Counted from the stretch's first letter, positions 35,645 to 47,852 are shown. The stretch: 64,000 nucleotides of DNA from Bacillota bacterium (GCA_012521295.1 JAAYMS010000160.1:20092-84091), one strand, 5' to 3'. Notes: generated by a model not told the origin, from the letters alone. Program-made: numbers and translations.

Positions 35645-36742
35645 CTAGAACTTGTCGTAGAAAATGCGTTCTTCGTCAATACCGATCTTCGTGAGCACAT
35701 CTACGCAGGCGTTAATCATGCCTGGACTACCGCAGAGATAAGCGTGCTTATTCTGACCATCGCTCACATGGCGCGCCACTACCTCGGTTATCAAACCTAT
35801 TTCCCCATTCCAATCATCATCGGGGCCGGGATCAGATAAGGCAGGGATGTAGCGGAAGTTCGGATACTTCTCCTGAAGCTCAGTAAAGAAATCCACATAG
35901 TAGAGGTCGCGCTTTCTTACTGCGCCAAAGAAAAAGGTCATCTGTTTGGGCAGACCCTTTTTCAGAATATCAAGGACCATGGACTTAATCGGGGCCAAGC
36001 CTGATCCCCCTGCAATGAAAAGCAGTTCGTCAGCACCTTCGCGCAGATAAAAGTCTCCAAAGGGGCCAGAGAGAGTCAGCTCATCTCCCTCTTTCACATG
36101 CTTGTGCAGGAACGTGCTGCATACACCTCCAGGGACTAAACGGACAATCAGCTCCAGGACACCCTTTTCGGAAGGAAGCGACGAGATAGAATAGGCTCGG
36201 CTTACGACCTCTTCCACACCATCATAGGGTTTTGAATCGACCTGAACATATTGACCAGGAGCAAATTCCATCGCCTGCGGTTCTAAGAGCTCGAAACGAA
36301 ATTCCTTGATATCGTAAGTGAGGTCAGTAATCTTTAGAATCTTTGCACGGTAACGCCTAATACTAAATAACTCTTCAGGGATGAAGACTCTTAGATCATT
36401 CTTGACCTTCAACTGGCATGCCAGCCTGGTTCCCTCGCCGATCTCGTCCTCGGTCAAATAGGGTTCCTCCGTAGGGAGCACCGGGCCTACATTAGTTAAC
36501 ACGTTAATTTTGCACAATCCGCATGTAGCCTTGCCACCACAGGCCGAGGGGATGAAAATGTCTTGACTTGAAAGGCTGGCCAACAGCGTGGAACCGCCCT
36601 TTACTGACAAAACCCGCTGCCCATCGTTAATATCAATAGCGCAAATTCCGTAGTCGTTGAGTTTGAGGTCGGCCAAGACAACCACTGCAGCGAGTGCTGC
36701 CCCCAGAAGAGAAATGCTGATTACTGTCAGCAGGATTTCCAC
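35645..36742 (-). CDS. nqrF: Na+-translocating NADH:quinone oxidoreductase subunit F (NqrF-like)
   Basis: N-terminal TM helix, plant-type 2Fe-2S ferredoxin motif CGGKATCGLCK...C, FAD-binding RAYSISS and an NAD-binding GGSGLAP module. Confidence 0.8.
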   Translation of the reverse strand: MEILLTVISISLLGAALAAVVVLADLKLNDYGICAIDINDGQRVLSVKGGSTLLASLSSQDIFIPSACGGKATCGLCKINVLTNVGPVLPTEEPYLTEDEIGEGTRLACQLKVKNDLRVFIPEELFSIRRYRAKILKITDLTYDIKEFRFELLEPQAMEFAPGQYVQVDSKPYDGVEEVVSRAYSISSLPSEKGVLELIVRLVPGGVCSTFLHKHVKEGDELTLSGPFGDFYLREGADELLFIAGGSGLAPIKSMVLDILKKGLPKQMTFFFGAVRKRDLYYVDFFTELQEKYPNFRYIPALSDPGPDDDWNGEIGLITEVVARHVSDGQNKHAYLCGSPGMINACVDVLTKIGIDEERIFYDKF

Positions 36743-36753
36743 CAGCCCACCCC

Positions 36754-37368
36754 CTATTGAATTACAAAGATGCCAGAGAACCCTACAAAGGCCAGCGCCA
36801 TGATGCCCGTAATGATAAACGTGATTGCAGGGCCGTCTAGCCCTCGCAGAAGCTTATTCTTTGCGATTTTCATGCGGATGGCAGCCAGAGCAGAGATGGC
36901 AAGCCACCACCCCAGCCCACTACCTAGACCAAAAAATAGTGCCTGCACAAAGTTGTAGCTGCGGATCACCATAAAGAGGCTCACACCGAATATGGCACAG
37001 TTTACTGTGATAAGGGGCAAGAAAACGCCCAGCTTCATATGGAGTTCTGGAAAGTAGCGGTCAAGGGCCATTTCAATGATCTGGACCGTTGCGGCGATCA
37101 CCACGATGAAAATGATGTAGCGCAGGTACTCTAGGCCCAAAGGTACCATAATCAGACGGTAGACCAGCCAGTTAAGTACCGTTGTAATGGTGGTCACCAT
37201 GGCCACCGCCGCCCCTAAACCAGAAGCGGTCTTGTATTCTGACGATATCGAGATGAAAGAACACATCCCCAGGAAGTTGCTCAAGACCATGTTGCTGGTA
37301 AAGACCGAGGCAAGGAGAATAACAATTGGGCTGATCGCTGGTGCTTCAGCCATTTCTGCCACCTCCAC
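36754..37368 (-). CDS. nqrE: NQR subunit E (NqrE/RnfA family)
   Basis: Polytopic membrane protein with the NqrE/RnfA-conserved N-terminus (SNMVLSNFLGMCSF, candidate Fe-ligating Cys). The true start is probably the internal Met. Confidence 0.75.
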   Translation of the reverse strand: MEVAEMAEAPAISPIVILLASVFTSNMVLSNFLGMCSFISISSEYKTASGLGAAVAMVTTITTVLNWLVYRLIMVPLGLEYLRYIIFIVVIAATVQIIEMALDRYFPELHMKLGVFLPLITVNCAIFGVSLFMVIRSYNFVQALFFGLGSGLGWWLAISALAAIRMKIAKNKLLRGLDGPAITFIITGIMALAFVGFSGIFVIQ

Positions 37369-37972
37369 TCACTTTACCCTGAGACCGGATGTTGAGTATC
37401 CAGATGAAGACACCGATTATGAAGAAAGCTGCTGGGGGCATAACCATCAGAGTCCAGGTTTCGAGGGCTAAGAAATTGACGTTGAATCCAAAGATGGTTC
37501 CAAATCCTAAGAGTTCTCGAATAAAGGCCACCGCTACTAAGACAACTGTATACCCCACACCCGCAAAGAACCCATCCAACAGTGACAAGAGCGGCGGATT
37601 GCTTTGAGCAAATGCTTCGGCTCGGCCCATAATTATGCAGTTTGTAATGATCAAACCTACATAAGGCCCGAGGGATCTGCTGATCTCTGGAAGGTTTGCC
37701 TTGATAATGATGTCAAAGAAGATCACATACGAGGCAATAATCAGTGTCTGAACGATCATGCGCACTCTGTGAGGTATCCACTGCCGGAGAAGCGAGATGG
37801 TCCAGCTCGACAGCGAAACGGTAAAGATGAGGCCAATACCCATCACCAAGCTGTTAGAGAGCAAATTAGTTACTGCCAGCATCGAACAGATACCGAGAAT
37901 CTGGCGGAGCACTTGGTTTTCATCCCAGATATTCCGCTTGGCCAATGCCTTCAGCTGTGCACCGCTGATCAT
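37346..37972 (-). CDS. nqrD: NQR subunit D (NqrD/RnfE family)
   Basis: LRQILGICSMLAVTN conserved region of NqrD/RnfE, about 6 TM helices. Confidence 0.75.
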   Translation of the reverse strand: MISGAQLKALAKRNIWDENQVLRQILGICSMLAVTNLLSNSLVMGIGLIFTVSLSSWTISLLRQWIPHRVRMIVQTLIIASYVIFFDIIIKANLPEISRSLGPYVGLIITNCIIMGRAEAFAQSNPPLLSLLDGFFAGVGYTVVLVAVAFIRELLGFGTIFGFNVNFLALETWTLMVMPPAAFFIIGVFIWILNIRSQGKVSGGGRNG

Positions 37973-38550
37973 GGACTGAGCACCTCCTGGAGCGCAAGGA
38001 CTTCCTCTAGGGTATTATTGAGGAGGCCGAGAACCGCATTCGAGCTCGATGTGGCACCTGTAACTGCATCAATACCTTCGCCATAGACTAAGGGTTGGCC
38101 TGGTGTAATTCTTATGCCGCTGAACTGTGCCTTGAACCATTCTTCATCGATACGGCCGCCCAACCCCGGGGTCTCATTTTGCTCTACAAATTCTAAGCCT
38201 AAGAGCTCGCTGAAGTCTGCCGATACACCGATGTAGCCTTTGATCGCACCCCATAATCCCTGCCCATTCATGGGGAAGGCGTAGCTTTGCGGCGTTCCAT
38301 CAGGATTGTAGATTACATAGACGGCCGACTCTCCTAGGAATTGCTGACTCACATTGGCTGCAAAATCCTGAAAGAACGAATCATCAGGTACGTTGAGCAC
38401 CTTGAGTATAGCGCGCCGATGAACATCTGCTTCATTCGCCGTGATCACCTGAAGATACACTGCTTGAGTAACGGCCAAGATGGCAGTAAAGAATGCTGTC
38501 AGAAAAAAGGTAAAGACTATACTGTAGAGATGCCCGTCTTTGTTCATCAC
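37969..38550 (-). CDS. nqrC: NQR subunit C (NqrC/RnfG family, FMN-binding)
   Basis: N-terminal TM anchor and a C-terminal FMN_bind domain carrying the flavinylation motif DAVTGATSSS. Confidence 0.7.
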   Translation of the reverse strand: MMNKDGHLYSIVFTFFLTAFFTAILAVTQAVYLQVITANEADVHRRAILKVLNVPDDSFFQDFAANVSQQFLGESAVYVIYNPDGTPQSYAFPMNGQGLWGAIKGYIGVSADFSELLGLEFVEQNETPGLGGRIDEEWFKAQFSGIRITPGQPLVYGEGIDAVTGATSSSNAVLGLLNNTLEEVLALQEVLSP

Positions 38551-39497
38551 ACCGCCTCCCTTCTCCGCTGCATGAATTCCTTCACCTGAAGATCTAAGAG
38601 TGGTGCGAATGAGTTCCCCAATAAGACTGCAAACATGGCGCCTTCTCTGAAGTTTGCAAAGGTGCGGATTGTAATAGCCAAAGAACCAATCAAGAGGCCG
38701 TAGACGATTTTTGCTGTCTTATTGGCCGGTGCAGTAACAGGGTCTGTAGCCATGAAAACTAGAGCAAAGAGAGCACCACCCGAAAAAAGACTTATAAGTG
38801 GCGAGGCCACCACCGCTCCTGTTAGAGAGTACAAGGTACTCAGGCCAAAAAAAGCTCCTACCCCTGACAGCATGATTTCTAGTGATGCCGTTCTGGTCAG
38901 CACAAGGTACACAGCTGCCAATAGTATTAAGAACACACTGATCTCGCCAGCCGAACCTGGCATGGGGCCAAAGAAAAGCTGTATCAGCGAGAGCTCCTCC
39001 CCAGCAGCCTGCACTAAAGGTGTTGCACTTGTCAGCACATCCACCCCACCGCTGTAGCGGATCAATCCTCCCGGAAAGCCTCGGAACGGTTCTGACCAAT
39101 TGACAGTCATGGTAGAAGGGAAGCTGATAAAAACAAAGCACCTACCCAAAAGCGCTGGGTTAAACACATTCTTGCCAAATCCGCCAAAGACGCCCTTGCC
39201 AAACAGGATACCAAAGACAATGCCGAGACATGCGGTCCAAAGCGGCACTGCCGGCGGTAGTACTAAGGTATACAGAGCACAGCTGACAAGAACAGCTTCT
39301 GGCATCCGAACTGGGGCTGAACCCTGCATAGAGCGCAGGATGGCGTACTCAGTTCCGACTCCAAAGAGTGTGACGCAGGCCAGCATCACCAGGATGCGCC
39401 AGCCAAAAGCGTAGATGCAGAACAAGTAAATCGGTAATAAACTGAACAAGACCCGCCGCATAATGTTCTGCCGTACAAATGAGAGGCCCAGCCGCAT
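38547..39497 (-). CDS. nqrB: NQR subunit B (NqrB/RnfD family)
   Basis: Polytopic membrane protein of the NqrB/RnfD family (GKNVFNPALLGRCF, LTSATPL candidate flavinylation site, FMATDP). Confidence 0.75.
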   Translation of the reverse strand: MRLGLSFVRQNIMRRVLFSLLPIYLFCIYAFGWRILVMLACVTLFGVGTEYAILRSMQGSAPVRMPEAVLVSCALYTLVLPPAVPLWTACLGIVFGILFGKGVFGGFGKNVFNPALLGRCFVFISFPSTMTVNWSEPFRGFPGGLIRYSGGVDVLTSATPLVQAAGEELSLIQLFFGPMPGSAGEISVFLILLAAVYLVLTRTASLEIMLSGVGAFFGLSTLYSLTGAVVASPLISLFSGGALFALVFMATDPVTAPANKTAKIVYGLLIGSLAITIRTFANFREGAMFAVLLGNSFAPLLDLQVKEFMQRRREAV

Positions 39498-39559
39498 GGA
39501 ACTCCCCCTTAAGTGTTTGTCTGCCTATGACAGCATATGGCCGAGCCTTCTGTGGTAGA

Positions 39560-39601
39560 ACTAGAAAATGGAAAAAGCGTGTCCAATAGTTCGGACACGC
39601 T
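39560..39601 (-). terminator. Rho-independent terminator after the second GH51 gene
   Basis: 9-bp stem AGCGTGTCC...GGACACGCT followed, on the minus strand, by TTTTTCCATTTTC. Confidence 0.55.
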
Positions 39602-39628
39602 GTGCGGTTGATGAAGATGAAGCTCTGT

Positions 39629-41110
39629 CTACGAAAGTTTAATCACTACTACTGACTTGGCCGGCAGGGAAACCTGGAGAATCCCATCTGTGATGCTTGC
39701 TCTGTCGAAAGCTTCAGGCTTAACCACATCCGGTTTGTCAAAATCATTATGGTCAGTGATCTTGCTTGATGTTAAGATCTCTCCTGATAACTTCTCCACT
39801 GAGATTCCTCTCAACTCACAAGTGAATTCATGGTCATTGTTCGGATCCAAATTGCACAGTGAAATGTAAACCTCTCCATCGGCGTTTTTCGATGCAGAAG
39901 CACTCACAGCCGGAATGGATTCCCCTTCGTAGATATACTCAGGACTATTGAAGGTCAAATCCAGCAGTTCGGAATCCTGATGAACGCTGAACATCTTGAA
40001 TACGTGGTAAGTCGGAGTGAGAATCATCTCAGGGCCATTGGTGAGAATGACTGCCTGGAGTACGTTCACAAGCTGAGCAAGGTTCGCCATATGGACCCGT
40101 CTGCAGTGCTTGTGGAAAATATGGAAGTTAACTCCTGCCACCAATGCATCTCTCAGCGTATTCTGCTGCTGGAGGAAGCCTGGGTTGGTTCCTGGGAGAG
40201 GATCGTACCAAGTTCCCCATTCATCAACAATAAGGCCAACCCTCTGCTCTGGGTCGTAGCGATCCATAATGGTCGAGTGTTTGGTGATCAGTTCATCCAT
40301 GTAGAGAGTTTTCTTGAGAGTGATGAACCACTCTTTCTCAGTGAAATCGGTAGACGAACCCTTATTCTGCCAGGTACCTGGTACGGTGTAATAGTGGAGG
40401 CTGAGCCCATCCATAAACCGTCCTGCTTGACGCATCAGTACTTCGGTCCAGTGGTAGTCATCAGTATTGGGGCCGCATGCAATTTTGTATATCTTATGAG
40501 GCCCGTACCTGCGTACATAGGTCTGATAGTGACGATATAGGTCAGCATAGTACTCGGCCCGCATATGGCCACCGCAGCCCCAGTTTTCATTGCCCACTCC
40601 GAAATATGGCAGGCGCCAAGGCTGTTCACGGCCATTCTCTTTGCGCCAATTCGCCATAGGCGATTCACCATCGAAGGTGATATACTCCACCCACTCAGAC
40701 ATTTCCTTAACAGTACCGCTGCCCACGTTACCACAGATGTAAGGATCTGCACCAATCAGCTCGCAGAGCTCCATGAACTCATGGGTGCCGAAATGGTTGT
40801 TCTCCACGACACCGCCCCAATGGGTATTGATCATGCTTGGCCGGTTTTCTTTTCGGCCAACTCCGTCCTTCCAGTGGTATTCGTCGGCAAAGCAACCGCC
40901 TGGCCAGCGCAATACCGGAATTTTCATATTTCGCAGTGCTTCGAGTACATCATTTCGCAAACCATTGGTATTAGGGATATCAGAGTCTGGCCCGACATAG
41001 ATACCGCCATAGATGCAGTATCCAAGGTGTTCGGAAAAATGACCGTAAATGTTTCTGTGAATTGTTCCAAGGATACGATCGCCATTGAGAACAGCTTTCG
41101 CCATTGCCAT
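39629..41110 (-). CDS. GH51 alpha-L-arabinofuranosidase, second paralog
   Basis: 493 aa. N-terminal [18 protein letters not shown]...LRWPGG and catalytic region [11 protein letters not shown], typical of GH51. Confidence 0.75.
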   Translation of the reverse strand: MAMAKAVLNGDRILGTIHRNIYGHFSEHLGYCIYGGIYVGPDSDIPNTNGLRNDVLEALRNMKIPVLRWPGGCFADEYHWKDGVGRKENRPSMINTHWGGVVENNHFGTHEFMELCELIGADPYICGNVGSGTVKEMSEWVEYITFDGESPMANWRKENGREQPWRLPYFGVGNENWGCGGHMRAEYYADLYRHYQTYVRRYGPHKIYKIACGPNTDDYHWTEVLMRQAGRFMDGLSLHYYTVPGTWQNKGSSTDFTEKEWFITLKKTLYMDELITKHSTIMDRYDPEQRVGLIVDEWGTWYDPLPGTNPGFLQQQNTLRDALVAGVNFHIFHKHCRRVHMANLAQLVNVLQAVILTNGPEMILTPTYHVFKMFSVHQDSELLDLTFNSPEYIYEGESIPAVSASASKNADGEVYISLCNLDPNNDHEFTCELRGISVEKLSGEILTSSKITDHNDFDKPDVVKPEAFDRASITDGILQVSLPAKSVVVIKLS

Positions 41111-41125
41111 CTCCCTCCTGGAGTT

Positions 41126-42124
41126 TTATGTTGAGGCTCGTTCCACTAATCTGGGCACAAGGTTGATCTGTTCTGAATAACCGTCATGCTGCTGCATCTT
41201 CCGAAGTAGAATCTGAGCACTTCCGATTCCCATCTGACTGTTCTGCACATCAATTGTGGTGAGTGGGGGATCGAGCATTTCACCCACTGAAAGATTATCC
41301 ACGCCCATCACAGCTATATCATCTGGGATGCGGACCCCCCGCCGCTTCAGTTCGCGCATAGCATCAATAGCCATCTGATCGCAAAAACAGAAGATAGCAG
41401 TGGGATTGAGCCCCTCATCGAGTACCGCGCCAAGAACTTCCTCGACTCTTTGACCAATCCGTACCGGCCTGACCCATTCAGGCCCTTGATCAATGCCCGC
41501 CTCCAAGAGAGTCTGGCAAAAACCCTCTTGGCGGAGTTGGGCACTATAGTTCTGCGAGGAGTTAATGAACAGGATGCGTTTGTGGCCTCTCTTGATGAGA
41601 TGCTCCGCCGCCAGCGCTCCGATGCTGTAGTCATCACAGACCACATGATCAACCTCTACATTACGTGCTCTGCGCCCCACCAGGACATAGGGAACCTTGT
41701 TCTTCTCAAGATACTCAACAGCGGTGGGCTCACTGGCAACTGGGGCTAGAATGATGCCATCGACCCGCTGCTCCAATAGAAGTCTAACTGCACGCAGCTC
41801 GCGCATTGGATCCTCGTGGGAGCTGTTGAGCACTATGTTGTATGCCTCTCGGTCCAGCACGCTTTCGATTCCCGTTACCACATTTGCATAAAACGGGTTA
41901 GAAATGGTCGTAACAACTACTCCTACCGTCTTGGTGCTTCCAGACCAAAGGCCTTTTGCCAAGGAACTGGGGACATAACCCAATTCTTCTGCCGCTCTTA
42001 AGACGCGGGCTCGCGTTGCTGGGCTGACATCGGCCCGATTATTGAGAGCGCGTGATGCGGTAGAGATAGAAACTCCGCTCCTCTCTGCCACATCTCGCAG
42101 CTTCGAATGGGTCACGGCCACCAA
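41126..42124 (-). CDS. LacI-family transcriptional regulator (probable arabinose/arabinan-utilisation repressor)
   Basis: N-terminal HTH LRDVAERSGVSISTASRALNN followed by a periplasmic-binding-protein-like sugar-binding domain. It is embedded between the two GH51 genes. Confidence 0.8.
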   Translation of the reverse strand: MVAVTHSKLRDVAERSGVSISTASRALNNRADVSPATRARVLRAAEELGYVPSSLAKGLWSGSTKTVGVVVTTISNPFYANVVTGIESVLDREAYNIVLNSSHEDPMRELRAVRLLLEQRVDGIILAPVASEPTAVEYLEKNKVPYVLVGRRARNVEVDHVVCDDYSIGALAAEHLIKRGHKRILFINSSQNYSAQLRQEGFCQTLLEAGIDQGPEWVRPVRIGQRVEEVLGAVLDEGLNPTAIFCFCDQMAIDAMRELKRRGVRIPDDIAVMGVDNLSVGEMLDPPLTTIDVQNSQMGIGSAQILLRKMQQHDGYSEQINLVPRLVERAST

Positions 42125-42139
42125 CTCCTTCTCTGCTGG

Positions 42140-43684
<1,545 letters not shown>

Positions 43685-43690
43685 TTATCT

Positions 43691-43718
43691 TTCCGGGAAC
43701 GTTACCGGGAAGGTTCCC
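43691..43718 (-). promoter_or_regulatory. Candidate LacI-type operator upstream of abfA
   Basis: TTCCGGGAACGTTACCGGGAAGGTTCCC. The imperfect palindrome GGTAACGTTCCC is centred on AACGTT, the classic LacI-family CG core, and is flanked by a direct repeat CCGGGAA. It lies about 40-60 nt upstream of the abfA RBS. Confidence 0.35.
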
Positions 43719-43777
43719 AAATACCCTTCAACAAATATTCAGCAAATCCTCCCCATCTTGGAACACCTTCTTTACAA

Positions 43778-43810
43778 GAGTTACAAAATACCCCAGGAAT
43801 TTTCCTGGGG
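43778..43810 (-). terminator. Rho-independent terminator after araA (end of araBDA)
   Basis: Perfect 9-bp inverted repeat CCCCAGGAA-TT-TTCCTGGGG, followed on the minus strand by TATTTTGTAACTCTT. Confidence 0.6.
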
Positions 43811-43834
43811 TATAATCCGCGTTTTCTCCGGTCC

Positions 43835-45343
43835 CTAGATACCTTTCGCGAGATGGTAGTAAATCTCGTTCAGGCGCAGTTCGTTTTTGAAGTCCGCTAC
43901 GGTGGTATTTTCATTGATGACTACCAGTTCAATACCGGCGATTTCGCAATAATCTTCGATGTACTCAGTGGTCAAAGCCTGGCTGAATACGGTGTGGTGA
44001 GCGCCGCCGCCTAAGATCCAGCAGGCTGCTGCCGTCTTCAGATCGGGTTTCGGTGCCCAGAGAGCACGAGCAACAGGCAGTTTAGGCAGATCCTCGGGCG
44101 ATGTAACGGTATCGACTTCATTGACGATCATCCGGAAGCGGTTTCCTAAATCAATCATTGATGCACAGATCGCTGGCCCTGGAGGTGCTTCGAAGAGCAG
44201 GCGGGCAGGATCGTCCTTGCCGCCAATTCCCAGAGGCTGGATATCGAGAACAGGTTTGTCGGCTGCGATAGACTCGCAGATCTCAAGCATGTGAGCACCA
44301 AGAATTCGCATTCCAGCGGGATCAAGGTGATAGACATAGTCTTCCATAAAGGAGGTGCCCTTCGGCAGCCCAACTGCCATCACTTTGGCAGCACGCAGCA
44401 GAGCAGCTGTCTTCCAATCACCTTCCGCACCAAAGCCATAGCCATCCTTCATTAGGCGCTGAACTGCAAGGCCCGGCAGCTGTTTCAAACCGACTAGGTT
44501 TTCAAAGGTGGTGGTAAATCCTTTGAAACCACCTTCTTCTAGGAACTTGCGCATGCCAAGTTCAATGCGGGCGGCTTCCAGCAGGTTAGCGCGAGCGGGC
44601 CCGCCTTCTTTCACCCTATCGGTGAGAGTGTAAGAAGCCTCGTACTCTTCTATCAGTTGAGCGATCTCTTGGTCAGTTACGGCATTAACGCGTTCGACTA
44701 AATCACCCAGTGCATAGCCATTTACCTCATAACCAAACTGGATCTGGGCTGCGACTTTGTCACCCTCGGTAACCGCTACATCGCGCATGTTGTCGCCAAA
44801 GCGGGCAATCTTCGCACCCTGACCATCCTGCCAGGCAGCAGCCGCGCGCATCCAAACATTGAGCCGCTCAATGACTTCTTCGTCTTTCCAATGGCCTACA
44901 ACCACTTTGCGGGCCTTACGCAGGCGCGTATTGATAAAGCCAAACTCCCGGTCGCCGTGGGCCGACTGGTTAAGGTTCATGTAATCCATATCGATGTCAG
45001 ACCACGGAATATCCTGACTGAACTGGGTGTGGAGGTGGACATACGGTTTAGCCAGCATGTTCAGGCCGCTGATCCACATCCGGGCTGGCGAGAATGTATG
45101 CATCCACATGATAAGTCCGATGCAGTTGTTGTCAGCGTTGGCCTGAGCAATGAGGTTGCGGATATCGGCTGAGCGAGTTAGAACAGCCTTGTGCACCACT
45201 GTTACTGGGATCTTGGGATGATCATTAATCGCCGCCGCAATCTGTTGAGCCTGGTCTTCTACCTGACGCAGAGTGTCGTCACCGTAGAGATGTTGACTTC
45301 CGGTGACAAACCAGACTTCAAACTTCTTTAAATTAAGGTCCAT
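43835..45343 (-). CDS. araA: L-arabinose isomerase
   Basis: 502 aa. The N-terminus [14 protein letters not shown] and overall colinearity with AraA identify it. Confidence 0.9.
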   Translation of the reverse strand: MDLNLKKFEVWFVTGSQHLYGDDTLRQVEDQAQQIAAAINDHPKIPVTVVHKAVLTRSADIRNLIAQANADNNCIGLIMWMHTFSPARMWISGLNMLAKPYVHLHTQFSQDIPWSDIDMDYMNLNQSAHGDREFGFINTRLRKARKVVVGHWKDEEVIERLNVWMRAAAAWQDGQGAKIARFGDNMRDVAVTEGDKVAAQIQFGYEVNGYALGDLVERVNAVTDQEIAQLIEEYEASYTLTDRVKEGGPARANLLEAARIELGMRKFLEEGGFKGFTTTFENLVGLKQLPGLAVQRLMKDGYGFGAEGDWKTAALLRAAKVMAVGLPKGTSFMEDYVYHLDPAGMRILGAHMLEICESIAADKPVLDIQPLGIGGKDDPARLLFEAPPGPAICASMIDLGNRFRMIVNEVDTVTSPEDLPKLPVARALWAPKPDLKTAAACWILGGGAHHTVFSQALTTEYIEDYCEIAGIELVVINENTTVADFKNELRLNEIYYHLAKGI

Positions 45344-45362
45344 ACAAATACCTCCTTAAAAA

Positions 45363-46052
45363 CTAATTTTGACCGTAATAGGCACCTGGCCCGTGTTTCC
45401 GCAAGTAATGCTTATCGGCAACATGCTGCGAGATAGGCTGAGAGCTTCCTGCTAAAACGGTCGTATGGTATGCCATCATAGCCACCTGCTCGAGAACGAC
45501 GCTATTGTGGACAGCTTCATCAGGGTCTTTGCCCCAAGTAAATGGAGCATGCTCAGCCACCAGTACAGCTGGTACCGCCTTATAGTCCTTGTTCTGGAAC
45601 AGTTCTACGATCACCCGGCCAGTGTTAAGTTCGTATTCTTCCTCAACTTCTTCTTTAGTCAACGGCCTGGTACAAGGTACCTCCCCGTAGAAATAATCAG
45701 CATGTGTGGTTCCTAGACAAGGAATCGGCCTCTTCGCTTGAGCCCAAATCGTTGCCCAAGGAGAATGAGTATGAACAATTCCCCCGATGTCTGGGAACCT
45801 ACGGTACAGCTCCAGATGAGTGGGGGTATCTGATGACGGCCGCAGGCTCCCTTCAACCACATTACCGTCCAAATCAAGCACCACCATCTTGTCGGGAGTG
45901 AGCTCATCGTATGCCACACCACTGGGCTTGATCACGACAAGACCCTGTTCCCGATCAATTCCACTCACGTTACCCCATGTGTAGATTACAAGATTACGGT
46001 GCTGCAGCTCTTGATTGGCTTTAGTCACTATTTGCTTGAGTTCCTGCAGCAT
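45363..46052 (-). CDS. araD: L-ribulose-5-phosphate 4-epimerase
   Basis: 229 aa class II aldolase/adducin fold with TWGNVSG and IVHTHSP motifs. Confidence 0.85.
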   Translation of the reverse strand: MLQELKQIVTKANQELQHRNLVIYTWGNVSGIDREQGLVVIKPSGVAYDELTPDKMVVLDLDGNVVEGSLRPSSDTPTHLELYRRFPDIGGIVHTHSPWATIWAQAKRPIPCLGTTHADYFYGEVPCTRPLTKEEVEEEYELNTGRVIVELFQNKDYKAVPAVLVAEHAPFTWGKDPDEAVHNSVVLEQVAMMAYHTTVLAGSSQPISQHVADKHYLRKHGPGAYYGQN

Positions 46053-46070
46053 TCTAGTTACCTCCTCTGA

Positions 46071-47741
46071 TTACAGGTTGCGGAGAGTGTCCCCCAAGAT
46101 GCTGCCCACACTGAGATACTCCTTGTACAGCCGGTTGTAGTGCTCAACCATCTCAGGGTTGGGTTGGAATTCTTTAGAATAGCCGCTGCTCATGCTTTTC
46201 TGAGCTGCAGAGACATCAGAATATACGCCGGCTGCAACAGCAGCAAACATGGCAGCACCCAATGCTACTGCTTGGGCAGAACGGACAACCTTAATCGGCA
46301 TACCCAGAACATCCGCAGTAACCTGCATCACGAAATCATTCTTGCTGGGAATGCCCCCCTGGGCAATGACAGCGTCAATGGTCAGGCCTTCGTCACGGAA
46401 GCGATCAACAATTGCCCGGCTGCCGAAGGCTGTTGCTTCTACCAATGCCCTGAAAATGCGGGGTGCGTCAGTTCCCAGAGTAAGGCCGATCAAAGCACCT
46501 TTAAGCTTCTGATCGGCATCGGGAGTACGCCTTCCGTTGAGCCAGTCTAGCGCCAACACAGTGGTATCTGTTGGATCAATCTTGGCTGCCTCTTCTGTAA
46601 GCCGCACCAAGATCCTATCTTTAAGAGCTGATTGCTGCTCCTCAGTCAAACCTATTTCAGGCCCAAGCACTTCAGTTGGCCAGGATAGGATTTCTCTAAA
46701 CCAGGCGTATACGTCACCAAAAGCAGATTGACCTGCCTCAAGGCCGACCATACCGGGTATCACAGAACCGTCGACCTGGCCACAGATACCGCGGACTGTC
46801 TTATCCCCTACTTCATCTTCTGAACCTACCATGACGTCACAGGTCGAGGTACCCATGATCTTAACCAGGGTATTAGACGCAATACCGCCTCCTACTGCAC
46901 CCATATGGGCATCAAAGGCACCAACAGCCACAGCAATACCCGGGCGCAAGCCAAGTCTCTCTGCCCATTCTTCAGTGAGCCCGCCTGCCTTTTCGTCAGA
47001 AGTATAAGTTTCTTCGAAGAGACGATCCCGGAGCCCCTGAAGCAGGGGATCAAGCTTAACCAGGAACTCTTCTGACGGCAGCCCGCCCCACTCAGGATGC
47101 CACATAGCTTTATGCCCCGCGGCACAGCGGCTGCGCTTCATCACATCCGGATTCTCAGTGCCAGTAAGTACGGCAGGAATCCAGTCGCAGATCTCAACCC
47201 ACGAATAGGCTGCCTCGCGAACCTCTGGGTCGATCCGGAGAATATGGAGAATCTTCGCCCAGAACCACTCTGACGAATAAATCCCGCCTTCATACTTGGT
47301 ATAATCTACGCCACCCCAAGTCTTGGCTAAATGGTTGATCTCATCTGCTTCTTTAATAGCAGTGTGATCCTTCCATAGAATGAACATGGCGTTGGGGTTT
47401 TCTTTGAACTCATCCAGTAAAGCTAAGGGAGTACCATTACGATCAACCGGTGCTGGTGTAGATCCAGTGGTATCGACACCAATTCCGACCACATACTGAC
47501 CCGCATCTGGGCCAATCTTTGCTAGGGCACCGGTGATGCATTCTTCTAAGCCCTCTAGGTAATCGAGGGGATGATGGCGGAACTGATTTGCCGCTGGATC
47601 ACTGTACAGACCCTGAATCCATCTCTTGTATACAGCTACGTCATCGGCAAGTTCTTTGCCAGTCAGGGCATCGACAACTAATGCCCGCACCGAATCACTG
47701 CCGAAGTCGACCCCAATAACATACTTTGGGCTTTCCATCAC
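46071..47741 (-). CDS. araB: Ribulokinase (FGGY carbohydrate kinase)
   Basis: 556 aa with N-terminal YVIGVDFGSDSVR and colinearity with AraB. Its genomic context fits araB-araD-araA. Confidence 0.85.
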   Translation of the reverse strand: MMESPKYVIGVDFGSDSVRALVVDALTGKELADDVAVYKRWIQGLYSDPAANQFRHHPLDYLEGLEECITGALAKIGPDAGQYVVGIGVDTTGSTPAPVDRNGTPLALLDEFKENPNAMFILWKDHTAIKEADEINHLAKTWGGVDYTKYEGGIYSSEWFWAKILHILRIDPEVREAAYSWVEICDWIPAVLTGTENPDVMKRSRCAAGHKAMWHPEWGGLPSEEFLVKLDPLLQGLRDRLFEETYTSDEKAGGLTEEWAERLGLRPGIAVAVGAFDAHMGAVGGGIASNTLVKIMGTSTCDVMVGSEDEVGDKTVRGICGQVDGSVIPGMVGLEAGQSAFGDVYAWFREILSWPTEVLGPEIGLTEEQQSALKDRILVRLTEEAAKIDPTDTTVLALDWLNGRRTPDADQKLKGALIGLTLGTDAPRIFRALVEATAFGSRAIVDRFRDEGLTIDAVIAQGGIPSKNDFVMQVTADVLGMPIKVVRSAQAVALGAAMFAAVAAGVYSDVSAAQKSMSSGYSKEFQPNPEMVEHYNRLYKEYLSVGSILGDTLRNL

Positions 47742-47826
47742 AATTCTCTCCCTTCCGCAAAACCTTAAGTAATTTCATTCTCCTTTTTTCGGTTTTAACC
47801 TTCCTTTTCCAAGTAGAGTCAGATGA

Positions 47827-47852
47827 AAACACGGGGGCACTTCCCCGTGTTT
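47827..47852 (-). terminator. Candidate terminator after the GH127 gene
   Basis: AAACACGGGG-gcactt-CCCCGTGTTT, overlapping the stop codon. The downstream U-tract is short, so the call is moderate. Confidence 0.4.

Noticed and set aside
39629-41110. Considered whether the gene upstream of nqrB could be nqrA
   Set aside because: The sequence is unmistakably GH51 ([11 protein letters not shown] and N-terminal GH51 motifs). A terminator separates it from nqrB, so nqrA is genuinely absent from this locus.
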